From: Dipteris shenzhenensis
Lineage: Eukaryota
Length of the DNA stretch: 64,000 nucleotides
Assembly: GCA_047967505.1 (NCBI GenBank)
Contig: CM106538.1
Strand: one strand, 5' to 3'
Position numbers and translations under genes: made by a program. Position 1 is the first letter of the stretch. Each line of letters opens with the position of its first letter. The notes beneath the pieces were generated by a model. It saw nothing but the letters and a program-made list of their open reading frames with translations, did no database searches and was not told the DNA's origin. Shown here in pieces: positions 35,120 through 47,852 of the stretch.

Positions 35120-35931
35120 TCACCATGATGAAACACAAAAAAGAAACACCAACATCCAAATAATATCCCAAACAAGATCCCACAGAGCCTTAGTATACCA
35201 AGACCAACTTATTATGCATAACCACTTGTTGGAAACCCTCCACAATGTGATCCTCAACAAAATCTTCAAAAATAAGTGACCAACCAGCACCATGAAAACA
35301 TTGTGTATACATGCATTCAAGAATCACCCTTGTCACAATTGAGTGTGCACATGACATCTTTAAGATATTGTACTCTTCATCATTTGCATAGCAAAAGAAG
35401 TTGAAAGCATTGAGAATCACCACTCCACTATCATAGTCAAAAACTATCCAAAGACTCAACTCTTCTTCACACCAAGTTGCCAGTGCATGAAACAATTCCC
35501 AATCTATCATTGTGCCTGCTAACAGCGTTGTCGATTACCAACATATTCAAGAGTGCAAACATAAATAATATGATCATGATGACTGTACGAATAGCTTGAG
35601 CATCACCTTCACAATCTTCTAGTTCTCTTAAACGGGGTGCAATCTCTTCTAACGGAGTTCTTCCAGGCATCTTCTTTATCACATCAAAAAACACATGCCT
35701 ATACTAGGCATAACATGCAATCAAGTACATGCGAGACCGTTTGGTAAGGTGGGATGAATCCAATACCAAACGTACCCGGCATCTCCACCAAAAGATGTGA
35801 CATGAAGTTGGGGGTAATAACTTCACGCACCTCTTCACTTCCTACTGCTTTCGAACTGAGTGATAGAGATATTTATCATTGGGAAAGGGACATTAAAACA
35901 AAGCTTTTATACCAAGAGACCACACCATACT
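35120..35931. repeat. Unclassified dispersed repeat, copy 2 (longer, with degenerate coding-like frames)
   Basis: The right end matches 21030-21156. It is cut at 35932 by a gypsy LTR. No recognisable domain. Confidence 0.55.
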
Positions 35932-38580
35932 TGTTACGTCAACTATAATACCGTGTGAGCACGGTATAAGGCGGGAAGCCAGCGGGCTTGACAGAACTTG
36001 CATTAATAGGGCCTAAAGGGCTTAGATCTAGGGTCACGCCTAGGTCTAGGCATTTATGAGGTGGTGCATAAGGAGTCCTAGAGAGGGCTATAAAGAGAGG
36101 TGTCCCTTGTGGGACATGTGGCACCAAAGTTGGAGGCCAAGTGGCAAGTGCTGGGCTAGGAGGGAGGATTCTAGAGGGAGCCAAAAAAAGAAAGGAGGTT
36201 TAGGGGGCTCCAAGAGAAGGGAATTTGTGGTCGGGTGGATTATGACAGCAGAAGCCCTCGAGGTTTGAGGACCTACAACATTGGTATCAAAGTTGAGTTG
36301 ATCTACAATTACAATGCAAAGTAGGTTAGAAACATAGCTCCCTATTTCGACGAGATGGAAGCCTTGAAAATTTGTGAGCTAAGTAGAGCAAAATCTCCGT
36401 TGTCACAATGGTTGAATGGGGTGTGTATTTTGTGGGTGCTATTCTAATCACTAGCAGCTTCCTTCCTACGCAATGCTCTTCCCTTTGAAACAATTGGAGT
36501 ATTCAAGAGTTGTGTGATCGATGCTATGAAGAAGCCTTCACCATCTTCAGTGTGAAGGAGCCGTCACGGGAGCTGCTATTAGTCTTGGGCCTCTTAGATG
36601 CTTGATGTTGCATTGCACTGTTGCATTACTTAAAAGAATCACTAGAGTTTGAGAACACCATCGCACTGCGCAATCCATTGCAATCAGATGGCCATTGAAA
36701 CTTGAGAAGGTCACCACTTGAGACTACTTATAGAGCAGCAGCTGCAAGATTGGCAAAAATTCAGAGCACAGGAAGTGAAAATGGCATGAGTGAGCTTGCA
36801 AAAGGTAGCGCAAATCGTTGCTCAAATCGTCTATTCGTTGCTACACAAATACACAGAGTCTAAGCATTTGTAAAAGCCACGTAATCTAAGGTTTTCAAAA
36901 CCTTAGAAAAAGCCAACTCAACACCTTTTTCTACCCCTCTCTAAAGTCTAAAGTCCCCTCTCTTTTCAAAGTCTTTTCACCCCCTTCTTCTTTCCAATCT
37001 CCTTAGCCTCACCAAACTCAAAGAAGAAGATAGAAGAATAGGTCGAAAAGTTCGAAGCAAAGAGTATAAAGAAGGGCGGGATCAAGATGAGAGATCAAGA
37101 ATTAAAAGCGTGAGAGGACGCGTCAGCTTCAAAGACAAATTCAAGACCATCGAACAAATACCAGGGAAGTGGGCATCATATTTTTCTCTCTGATATAAAG
37201 CGCTTTGCTTTACATTTTCTAGAAAATATACATTTTTAAAATGACAACTCCAAAAAGGGATGGTATGAATAGGGAGGCTGAGGAAAGGGCTAGAAAGGAA
37301 AAAGCAATGGTTGGAGAGGAAATACATGAGGAGGTACAAACTGAAACTCAAGAGGATAATGTAGAAATGGAGGATATTGATTATGGTGATTATGGAATTC
37401 CGTATACGGAATTCACTAAACTTGAAACTCGAACACAAAATATAGAAACACAGTTAGGGGTTATCAGTGAAACATTAAAAACCCTAGCTGAAGCTATAAC
37501 TAAGATAGTCGATTCTCAATCGGTATCTATTACTGAAAAATCACCGATTCCTCCTAATCAAGTTGAGAGGTCTACCTCTCGACTTAGAGAAACCTCGAAC
37601 ATCCTTAAGGACTTAAAACCACCAATTTTCAATGGGGAAGAAAAGGAGCGTAATAAAGATGCGATTAATACATTCTTGCAAAAATGGCAAGACTTTCATC
37701 GACTCAGGAATACACCTCCTGAAAAATCAAGTTGTGGAAGCAAGTCTTTCCCTTGGAAATAAAGCCTATAAATGGTGGATGAGGCTCAGGGAGAGTGATA
37801 AAATTCCTAGATATTGGAGTGAGTTTGAAAAAGCCTTCCTAAAAGAGTTTTTACTAGAAAATGAATTAGAAAGAGCATGGGAGGCTTGGGACAATTGCAC
37901 TATGGGTAAAAACACTCTAGTCCATAGCAAATTATAGGGAGGCAGTCCTCAAGCTGAAGGAAATTGATGAATTCCAAAAGATAAGGGGTTTCGTGAGAGG
38001 TCTCAAAGACACTTATAAGGTTGAGGTGAAAAGAAATGCTCCAAAAACCTTTGAGGAAGCCATTAAGTATGCCCAAATATATGATGATACGATGGGGAAA
38101 TTCAGAATTGGAACTTCGAAGCAAACAGGTTTTGTTCCAAAGTTCAATAAATTTTCCAATTTGAAAAGGAAGCGGCACTTTAAGAAGGAAGTTCCTCAGG
38201 CATCACCTAAGAAACCTCAAACACAAAATTATCCTCTCTTGAAGAAAGAGGATTATGAAAGGGCCAGGCAAGAAAATCTTTGCTTCAAATGTCTAGCCAA
38301 AGACGATGCTGCTTGGAACTATCCTAAAAATAAACCAGCGGGAGTGAAAGCCCCAAATAGACCTCCACAAAGACAAGTGCATGCGGTGCAAGTGTTACCG
38401 CTCAATGGTACTGAGAAGTACACTGAGGTAGAGGTCTATCATGAGGATAGAACCCATATGTGCTATCTATCATCGGCAATGTGGCAACCCACCTTTGGTC
38501 CTCATGATTTGATGAGGATGCATGGAAAAATTAAGGGGCAAAGAGTAAGAGTGATGGTCGATGATAGTGCAACACATAGA
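35932..38580 (+). mobile_element. 5' half of a Ty3/gypsy element (iMet PBS, chromovirus-like)
   Basis: LTR TGTTACG...CTACAACA at 35932-36280, PBS TGGTATCAAAG at 36282, ~950-bp leader, gag and protease start. Truncated at 38580. Confidence 0.85.
37241..38580 (+). pseudogene. gag: Gypsy gag and protease N-terminus (frameshifted)
   Basis: KPPIFNGE, AYKWW...WSEFEKAFLKEF, RGLK...PKTFEEAIKYA, LCFKC (broken knuckle), GKIKGQRVRVMVDDSATH. Confidence 0.85.
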
Positions 38581-38599
38581 ATAAGGCATCGCCATCTCG

Positions 38600-39430
38600 T
38601 GTACACAATATGGAATGAATGAAGTCATGAGGGCTAGTAGGAACCACTCCCCTATGACCATCAAGGGAATGGAATATGTCATACATCAATCCAAAATCCA
38701 CATGGTAGCAACAACAGCATGTGTCATGCTCCTGAGAGCATCGCACAAACCATGGCCTGCATCGCTCAAATGACCTCTACCCAATCCTGAACTCCGGGTG
38801 TGCCTCTACAAACTGAGTGTACAACTCAGTCTGGGTACACTCCAAAAAATATGCACCATGCTCAATGTACACACCGGATGACACCCTCTTCCACAATGCC
38901 TTCTTAAACATCGGGGATGCTCTGCAATGTTCCTCCCAAAACTGTTGTATGAAGGACCTAGTGGAATCATCCAACAATCGATCCCTACGAGGTGCATGAC
39001 CACTCGAAGCCCAAAGAGCATCACTCTCACTATCCTCTAGACTCTACCTCCTAATCATGCCTGCTCGCAATGTGCGTGGTGCAATCTAAAGAAGACGTGA
39101 AGCGGTACGCACATGGCCTATCATATGAGGTCTACTAATGGTAGCCACAATAGCACAACGTGCTGCCAAGGCATCACTAGAGTTCCTATGCTTAATAGAA
39201 GCATAGGAACATCGGACACTGCTAAGGACCTCACTACATACAACCCTATCTCTACGTGCACCAAGACCAGCAAGCCTCCTACACTCTACCAAGTCAGGGT
39301 GATCAATCAGGGACGTGAGAAGAGTAGATTGCAAAGCTGGTGTGAGGTCACTAAAAAAAGACTGCACGATCCTGCTAGTACGATGACTGATAGTGGACTT
39401 CGGCAAGTCACGTCATGAAGCAACACTGCT
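38600..39430 (-). pseudogene. N-terminal fragment of a Sola2-like DDE transposase (diverged second copy)
   Basis: LWA....RRDRL..FWEE, QTELYTQF..HPEFRIG, F..CRPWFVR and TCCCCYHVDF align with LWA....RRDSL..FWHE, QTELYIKF..NPDISIGQRSFEHCKPWYVR and VCCCKIHIEF at 47.1-47.5 kb. Confidence 0.6.
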
Positions 39431-39700
39431 GCTGCAAGGTGGGGCAAGGGGATCAATGGGAGGTGGTAGGGTGGAGGGGGGAAGGGAGGCACCAAGGGGA
39501 AGGGGGGGAGGGGGAGGGGGACGGGGGAGGGTGGAGGGGGAAGAGGTAGAGGTGGAGGGCAAAATGTAGGTGGCTAGGGGAAGGGCAGAGGCTGGAGGTA
39601 GGGGAGCGGATGAGGATGTGGAGGGGGGGACAATGGAGGTGGGGGTGGGGGTGGGGGTGGGGGTGGAGGTGGAGGTGGGATGTAGAGGTGGAGGTGGATC
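39430..39700 (+). repeat. G-rich low-complexity tract (poly-Pro on the minus strand; G-quadruplex potential)
   Basis: Many runs of 3-7 G, e.g. (GGGGGT)n at 39640-39665. Confidence 0.75.
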
Positions 39701-40067
39701 GGTGGTGGCAATGCGAGCTCTAGCACTAGAGGCTCTCTTGCGCTCACGAGCCTTCCGCTTGCACTCCTCGTCAATGAAATTTGGGGGGGGGGGTTCCTAC
39801 ATCTTTCACGTCTACTAGCTCTACGGCTTGGAGAACCCATTGTCAATGAAAGTAGGATGGAAGGTGTGACAAAGTGATGGGGAGGCAAGAATGGCTAAGA
39901 ATGGGTGAAATAAACCAAAATGTGGTGTCTTATAGAGAGCCTCAACTCATCCACTAGATTGCTCTTGATTATTTTTGGTGGAGAAGGTGCTAAGATTGAA
40001 AATAATTCGCTACTAAATTACGTTGGATTTTGTTTTGAAACTAATTTTTGTGGTTAATCCAAAATCG

Positions 40068-40342
40068 TGGTCGTAAACCTCGATTGAGGTATTCTATGCT
40101 TCGGTCATACACCTCGATCGAGGTATTCTATGCTTTGCTCATAAACCTCGATCGAGGTATTCTATGCCTCATGCACACCATCATCATAAACCTCGATCGA
40201 GGTATTCTATGCCTCGGTCATAAACCTCGATCGAGGTATTCTATGCCTCACACACATCGCGGTCATAAACCTCGATCGAGGTATTCTATGCCTCATGCAC
40301 ATCGTGGTCATAAACCTTGATCGAGGTATTCTATGCCTCACA
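40068..40342. repeat. Seven ~30-bp direct repeats with a 14-bp palindromic core and short variable linkers
   Basis: Consensus TCATAAACCTCGATCGAGGTATTCTATGCCTC; core ACCTCGATCGAGGT is a perfect palindrome. Confidence 0.9.
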
Positions 40343-41523
40343 CACTCAAATCACATGCATGTATAACTTACCATGCATGTTGATGATGTGGCTCGCCATC
40401 ATCATGATGTGTATACATGTGGCTGATGTGGCACCATGCATGGTGATGATGTGGCAATATGGTGTGGAATATATGAGCCTCTTCCATGACGTGGAAATGT
40501 GATGTGGCATGATGAGTTGGCATTCATGAGGTGGTAGATTGACATGACAAATTGAGGTGGAGGGATTGGTGACGTGGCAATGTTGACGAGGTATGCCAAG
40601 GTGGCAAGTGTGATGACATGGTTTCAAGAGTCCCTATGATGTGAAATGATGAGGTGGCACATGTAGCTGATGTGGCAGGACGTGTGGCAATCTAAGGTGA
40701 CATGGCATGGAGTGATGTCACATCTCCTTGATGACATGGCACCATGCGGTCTAACAACGTGGCATGGTTGCAAGGCAAAAATAGATGACTCAGCCTTCCA
40801 CCTGGGCAGGATCCACACTCCAATGGCTTGCCACTAGGATCGATGATGCTCCTAGCCTACCTCACCAATCCTAATACCAAGCCTACCTTGTCTCGGTATT
40901 AGGCTTGGGTGGCCCTTTTCCCCCCACAAAAGGGAGATTTCACTCTTGGAGGCCATATTGTATGTTTCCCTTACTCAACCAAACTTTTTTACTCGTATTC
41001 ATCATGCGGACGACTAAAAATATCGACATTTTTGAAATGTTTGGTCATGTTTGAGAATTACTAGATTTATTTTTAATATTCTTTGTTGATCCTCTAAGGA
41101 GTAAAAGTAAAAACAAAACTTCAAATCTTCCTAAATCTAACCGTTGGATTTGGGATTTGATTATTGAACCACACACCCTTATGCGCCTACTAACCTTCCA
41201 CTGAATTGGATTTGCTTAATTATTCAAAATACTAAAAAAATGTGGTGTGCTACTAAAATGCATGTATTTTATGACTTTATTTATTATAAATAATTATTTA
41301 TAATTAGATAAATCATTCAAATAATTACCAATAAATCAAGTTAAGCTCTACATAATGTAAAGAGACCACCAACAAAGTTTCAATAACATTTAATCTAAAA
41401 TGAGTGAGAAATTTAGAATTTAATATGACACTCTCTGTTCGTGACAAAGGTGTGACCATGCCATGTGACACAAAGACATTTTTTGTGTGTGCATCGAACT
41501 TTCAATCAGACTATACCATTGTG

Positions 41524-42122
41524 TGTGTAAGAAAATAGTACGCAGCGGAAGATAACAACAAAACGCAAGTACACGATGGAAAGCTGGAGAGAATACAAAA
41601 ATTCTGATATACCAAACTCTGCTGATACAACTGATGGTTGGCTGTCCACCCGTGCGCTCTACAGACAGAGCTTCGATGGTGATCTAGACAGATGCTGGAC
41701 GGAGGACTATGAGCGTGAAGAACTGGTGATCTGATGATAGGGGGTGGCCACTTATATAGTGTAAGTGGTTGACGGTCGGCCCTGTAATAGGCAGTCGGCC
41801 TAATAGACAGTCGGCCTGGAAGACCACCGACCCTTCAGAAAACATGCCGTCGGGCAGATGAAGGATCGCGCATAGGTCATACCGCTGGGGGCTTTGCCCC
41901 CAGACCCCCACCGGGGGCCTGCGCCCCCCGGACCCCCTGCTATCGGGGGGGCTATCGCCCCCCCGAACCCCCCCTTTGTGCAGACGGGTATCTACTCTTG
42001 GCTCCTAAGCCGTCTCATAACCATCTGGTCTACTCTAAGACCCCTTCCAGTGTCTAAACTGGGGATCCCTCCCAATATCCGATACCCATCATGGCTTCTC
42101 CTCATATGGGGGCCTTACAACA
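41524..42122 (-). mobile_element. Solo LTR (~600 bp)
   Basis: TGTGTAAG...CTTACAACA inverted termini. Flanks TTGTG/TTGGG (4/5 TSD match). TATA-like CTATATAAG on the minus strand at ~41750. No adjacent PBS, PPT or internal region. Confidence 0.7.
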
Positions 42123-45100
42123 TTGGGTACACAGAATATTGGTGGGTTACATGAGAGGTGGACATTTGAGCTAACTCTAACAGTGTGCGCAATAGCATGT
42201 GTGATGTTGTGTCTGAAGACTTCAAAGACTAGATCCATAGGGAAGTATGTGAGATTTGCATTTTTGTGTGCTAAAAAGCTTGTTTTTCCACCTCCTAAGG
42301 ATTGGGGAGTGAACAAAAAGCGGACACCCTTAGCTTGCTACTTCCCTTTGCCAACACGGAGCCTATTTAGCTTTGCCATGAATTCTTTGTTTTGTTGGTG
42401 CATTTGCATGTCGAGCTCATAGTACACGACATTGTCTTTCCAAATAAAAGGTGCCATTGCTAACGTTGAGTTCTTGGTTGAAAATATCCAATTATCCTTT
42501 GTGGGACTTGCCTGGCATAGGTCTCCGCACATTAGAATGTCGATTCCTCCAAATGGTTGCAAGTGGTTGTGTTTGATCTCACGCATGCACATGTCTGTTG
42601 CTATGAAAGTGTTTTTCCCTACAAGGGAGATCTCATCGAACATAATCATTTCCGCGTCTTTGTATGAGTGTGAGAGAATTTGTAGTTTTTCTGTGGTTAG
42701 GGCTTTGAGGGTTGTTGCAAGCAATGGCAAGTGGCTAAGTTAGCTTTGCAATTTTACTAGCCATAGACATCTCCTATTGGGTTTCATAGATCTTGTTCTT
42801 TTGAAGACACTGGCTTTTGTAGCTCCAAAAAGGAGGCCCTACAACTTAAGTTTCCTTGTGTGAAAGTTTATTCATAGTTATCTTGTTTGTTTATGCCTTG
42901 TGATAGATTTGTTTTGAAGTCTATTGGTTCTCCCTTGTCAGACTTCTTGTCACTTAGCTTGGACTATAGTAGCAACAACATGTGGGTTTTGCCTGTCCCT
43001 ACATTTCCTGACAAAAATAGGCAGAGAGGCGAAGCACTGTGAAGGTGTTTCTTTAACATGACATGTTCGACCAGTATTCTTTGTTGCAGATTCAATTTCT
43101 TGAGCTCTTGGAAGTATTTTTGATTGGGCATGAAAACTACAGAGAAGTTTCCAAGATTGTCATTCTAGCTTTGTGGTTTGCAGTTTTCGAGCTCTATGTC
43201 AAGGTTGTAGTCAGCTGCTTGTGGTTCTTGTATGCTGGAAGTATTGGTAGATGATGGTGCTCCTCTTGGACCCATGCTTTCAATATCGTTGTTAAATTTC
43301 TTAAAGTTTAGATTGATTTGTTGTCATGTATGCATGTACATGTCATGCCATGTTGGGAAGTCGTCGTTTGTACATGGTTCATCGCAAATGAATGGCATGT
43401 ATAGCAAACACAATTCTCTGTAGAGAACTTTTGGGTCTTTTTTTTTTGTCGTAGTTATTGAAGCAAACTACCTTTGGTCTTTTTTGTTTGTTTGCTCCCT
43501 GGCTGGCTGGGTTGTACATGCTAGTATACTCAGCCAAGCACAGATGTTGTAGGTTGATCGGTTTGTTTTTGTACTTTCCAATTATGTCATTGCAGGCCTA
43601 TTTGACTCAGTTTTGGAGTCATAGTGGTGCAGGAAATTTATTACAGTTTTGGGACTATTTATGCATTCAAAGGTGGAAAATATATGTGCTTTCAGGGTTC
43701 AATTTGTCAAGAGCGCAACACATTCTTAGAAGCAGAGTACATTCCTAGGGGGGCTTGTGTTGATGTAGCAAAACTCCCTTGTACTTTGTTAATGGCAAGG
43801 ACAACGATAGGTACACCGCTTTTGCTAGGTGCTGATGTGTTGTGTTCAAGATTGCGTTGCCAATATTTCATACATGCTCGTTCGCTGGAACATTTCCCTA
43901 TCTCCAAACATTAGACATAGCTTCCTTCACCATGGCAGTTGTAGCGTGATCGACTTTTGTCATGTATGAAGTGCAATACGATGTTGTCACATGGGGGTTT
44001 GTAACAAATCGGATGTCTGTGTTTGCTCCCCATAGGTAGGAGATGTCAACATTGAAATTGTTTGTGAATATCTCTCTCGGGTGGCATTGCAAGAATATTG
44101 TTGGATGTGTAATGCTCGATTACAGTGCTTTGATGTACTCTTCCTCTGACAATGAGAGAGCATGCAATATTTCATCAAAATCAAGTGTTTAGATGGGACT
44201 TTCTTGCAAATAAGAGTCGATTCTTTTGCAATTTTTCAAATCTAGCTTCAAGGATGTTGTTTCTTGTAGTGGGTACAAAATCTTTGTTGATCTTATGGGA
44301 GGGCATGGGAAATTGAATCAACATGCTCTTCCTCTTTTCCTGCACGTTCTCTTGTGCTTGTGTTTTTGCATGTCTCGTAAGTCATTAAGGAGCTTTAGAA
44401 TATCAGTGGTAATGTGTTTATCAACAAAAGCTTTGATCTTATGGGTAGGTGTGTTGCCGTAAATGGGTGAATCTTCTACCCATAGATGACTGTGATCGTG
44501 CTGGCTTCCCCTATTTTGAAAATTTGTGACAAAGAAGAAATTGAGTACTCTACCTAGGATGCTTGTGTCTTGCTTGAGAAGGTGCTTCATAGCTTGAAAC
44601 TTATGGATGTAGTACCTCACAATTTGCTAGCTTTAGGGATTGTTCTATTGTGTTCTAACAGTGGATTCATCTTATGCAGGCAAGACACCAGTGGTTGCCT
44701 TTTTTTTTTTTGCAGTTAAGAAAGTCAAGAAGAAGGTTGGTGGACCTAATTGTCTTAGCATTGTGAAGAGGGTTTTTTTAAGCTTATCCTTATAGTCTAT
44801 CAAAGTCTACAAACATTCAAAGTCATAGAAGCCAATTGTGATTGAAGAAGTCTCTCAATATTAGTGGCCATAGTTGCATCCTTTGCCTGTATATGCTTAC
44901 CATGCAGTTGGGATTTGCGCATCCGAACCCAAAATGATGATAGCACTTGCACAACGAGCACTTTCATTGTTTTGAAAAATAAAATTTTCATGCACAGTGC
45001 AAATCTCCTATCATTGTTTGTGAGCAGCATGCAATGCTCTGGTACGATGTGCAATCAGGTACATTGTACTCCCTCATGTGCTCGTAAAATAGTTGCGAGA

Positions 45101-46130
45101 ATCCAAGTTCTTCGTAGTGTTTGCCTTTGAAAATGCTAAGGGGACTAAACCCTTTGTCTTCGAAGTCAACAACCTATTGAGTTGTGTAGATGCCATGCAC
45201 AAGAGAATCTATTGGAATCTCTTCTTCCATTCCTTCTAGAAAGTCTTTTGTCAGTTGCTCCTTGTTTCTTTGTGCTTGTGTAGCCCTAATATGCCTAGCT
45301 TGTAGGGGGTTAATGGAGATGTTGTTTTGCTTGTATAGCAGTGTGGACAATAGCTCATTTGCTGCTTTTAGGGCCAAAGTGGGTCTCACAAGCCCACTCA
45401 TGTCATTGTGCATGAATTAAGCTTTTGCTTCAATGCAACCATGAGTGTTGACTGTCACTTAAGAAGCGGGGCAACACTTGTTGTGCTCTGTCAACATCTA
45501 CAAATACATTCACAATTGCACCGTGAAGGCCATATTGTCCTTCCTATGTTAATTCACAAATTTGCACAAAAGGGATTCTTATCACGACGATCAGGTGCAC
45601 CTCCAAAGTGTTTAGCATGTCCATGAAATGTTGTTGAGTAGGCAATGGCATGTTTTTTGAATCAAACTTGGGTTCTTTCCCTTTTTTGATCTGGGCATGG
45701 CATAGGTTGCATAATATGCTATGGTGTAGCATGATCGTTGTAGCAAGCTCATGTTGGATCATGAATGTAGTTGACACTGTTGAAACATGGTGCATTTTGC
45801 TCATGAACTCTAATGTTTGACAACAGACACAAGTGCAAGAAGGTGTGTCCTAGATGCTCTTCAAATACCTTAGCATAGGTTTACTTCATGTGGTTGCATG
45901 CTCTTGTGGCTCTGCTACATCAGATTGTGATTGGATGCATGGGAAAGGCATTATAGGAGAGCAAGATGTTGTCTGCAATGGCTTCGCAAGTGCTAAAGCT
46001 TTTCTTTGCTTGTAGATTCTTGTAATAATAGCTTGGACTGAGTGCTTGCAGTTTGGGAGCATGCTAAGGTAGCAAGTTGCAATCTCTTTTACTGTCGCTT
46101 ATGGCATAGTTTGTACTAAAGATAGCAAAG
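42123..46130 (-). mobile_element. Decayed Helitron-like Rep/PIF1 helicase, Helentron/Helitron2-type
   Basis: CTCVCCQ..LCNLC, LNTLEVHLI..RIPFVQI, LFTMLRQLGPPTFFLTF (~44710-44775), FQNRGSQHDHSHLW (HUH), QKHKHKRTCRK..CxFNFP, WGANTDIRFV..SYCTSYMTK, helicase FDEISLVG and PFGGIDILMCGDLCQASP. Many stops; Walker A region not found; termini not identified. Confidence 0.85.
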
Positions 46131-47681
46131 TGTCGTCTTGGCTTGTGGCCCATTGAATGTACAAGCATCAATTCTGCTGATGTGTATCATCGGAGGGAAA
46201 AAATTGACGGTTGAAATTTTGCTACTCCCACAAATTTTGAATTTTCACACCTCCAGCCCATCAAATCTTGGAAGATTAAGTACCTGCAACCTACCCCCGC
46301 CCTGCAAACTCCTTGCAACCCACACACACCTCGACGTGACCTTGTGCGAACTTTGGTTTGCCATTGTCTTCTTTTGAGTAAGTTGTCTTCTGTTCTTTGC
46401 TTGCCTCACCAGCTAGCTTCTCTAGATCTACTGTAGACTTATCGTGGCCGTGGCATCAATGATAACATGCAGCTTGCCATGGCTTGCAAGAGAAGTAGAC
46501 AGAGGTTGCGAGATAGGAAAGCCAAAAAGCTAAGTTAAGGCACAATGAACAAAGTGCGGGTCGAGGAAAGTGCTGGCACAGTATCGAGGTAAAACGAAAG
46601 ACACTTTTGCAACATTTGCAAAGAGAGAAACAACGAGAACAAAGAAGACTCCTTGACGAGCAGTAGCAAGAAGCTGTTGCAAATGCACACATTCGATCAT
46701 TGCCATCGGAGCAAAGAACATGAGCTGTGGTGTCATGATTGGTGGGAGCATTCGAGACAGCAACATTAGGCCATTCAGGTGATTACCAGTTTCGAGTCTT
46801 CACAAGTGTTAGCCTGCACCCTAAAGTTTATAGAGTAACAACCCTACCAACACCTCGGGAGATGCATGCCTAAGAGGCGATGCTCTCTAACCTAAGAAAT
46901 GGCCTACAGAAAGTGAAAGGGGTGCACAGCTTAGATCAACTAGCTACAAAGAGGGCGACATTAGCTATGTTGGTGTCCCCTGAAACAAAGGAGAAATGAC
47001 TTGGATGCACAATGTCGAATATGTTGTCAATCAGAAGGACCAATGTGGCTCTAGTGGCGGTTGAACGTAGAGTAGAAGCAATACACGATCATCCCAATAC
47101 GAGAAGTCTGTGGGCTGCAACAGAATGTAAGAAAAGGAGAGATAGCCTAAGTGCAGAAGTCATTCCTATAGTGATGATGTTTTGGCATGAAAATACAACG
47201 TGGTGGTTGAAAGTTGTTTTGATTCATTATATACTTTAATTAGACTATATTTTGTATTCTTTTAGTAGTAGCAAAAAGGGGGCTCATTGTTCTATTATTC
47301 CCACATGTTGGGTCAGCAGACGGAGTTATATATCAAGTTTGTGGATCAGAATCCGGACATTTCAATTGGGCAGAGGAGCTTTGAGCATTGTAAGCCCTGG
47401 TACGTCAGGAAACTCAAAGAAAGGAATGTTTGTTGTTGCAAGATACACATAGAGTTTGACCTGGCCCGGCAAGCTATGAATGACTTGAGATCTGGTATTG
47501 CTCCATGGGGATCGATGCCCATGCCTCCCCAATGAATGCACAGTTTGTAGGCCACCTGGTTCCTCATCATGTGTTGCAAGGGAGGGCAGGTTTTGTAGCC
47601 TAAGGTCTCTGTGGGAGCGAGTGGTTTGTCCAAAGGGAGACTGTGAGTGCACATGATTCAATGCATTCATGGCACATGAAA

Positions 47682-47852
47682 TGTGGGGGTTAAAGGTCAC
47701 TGTGCCTTAACCCCGGTTATGTACAATACTCAAACACATATATAAATGAATGAAAAAGAAGATTAGGGTGGTTCTGCACCCACCAAAACTTGTGTGGCTC
47801 TCTGTCTCTCTCTCTCCTTCTTCCGTTCTTGCTTCCGTTGAGAGCACTCTCA
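47682..47852 (+). repeat. 5' LTR of Copia D
   Basis: TGTGGGGG...CTCTCA; TATATAAA at ~47739. Confidence 0.96.

Noticed and set aside
39574-39888. Extensin or formin-like proline-rich host gene
   Set aside because: Low-complexity G/C tract contiguous with a transposase remnant; no other domain support.
40068-40342. CRISPR array (30-bp palindromic repeats with variable spacers)
   Set aside because: Linkers are only 2-14 bp and resemble each other, there are no cas genes, and the context is eukaryotic TE DNA.
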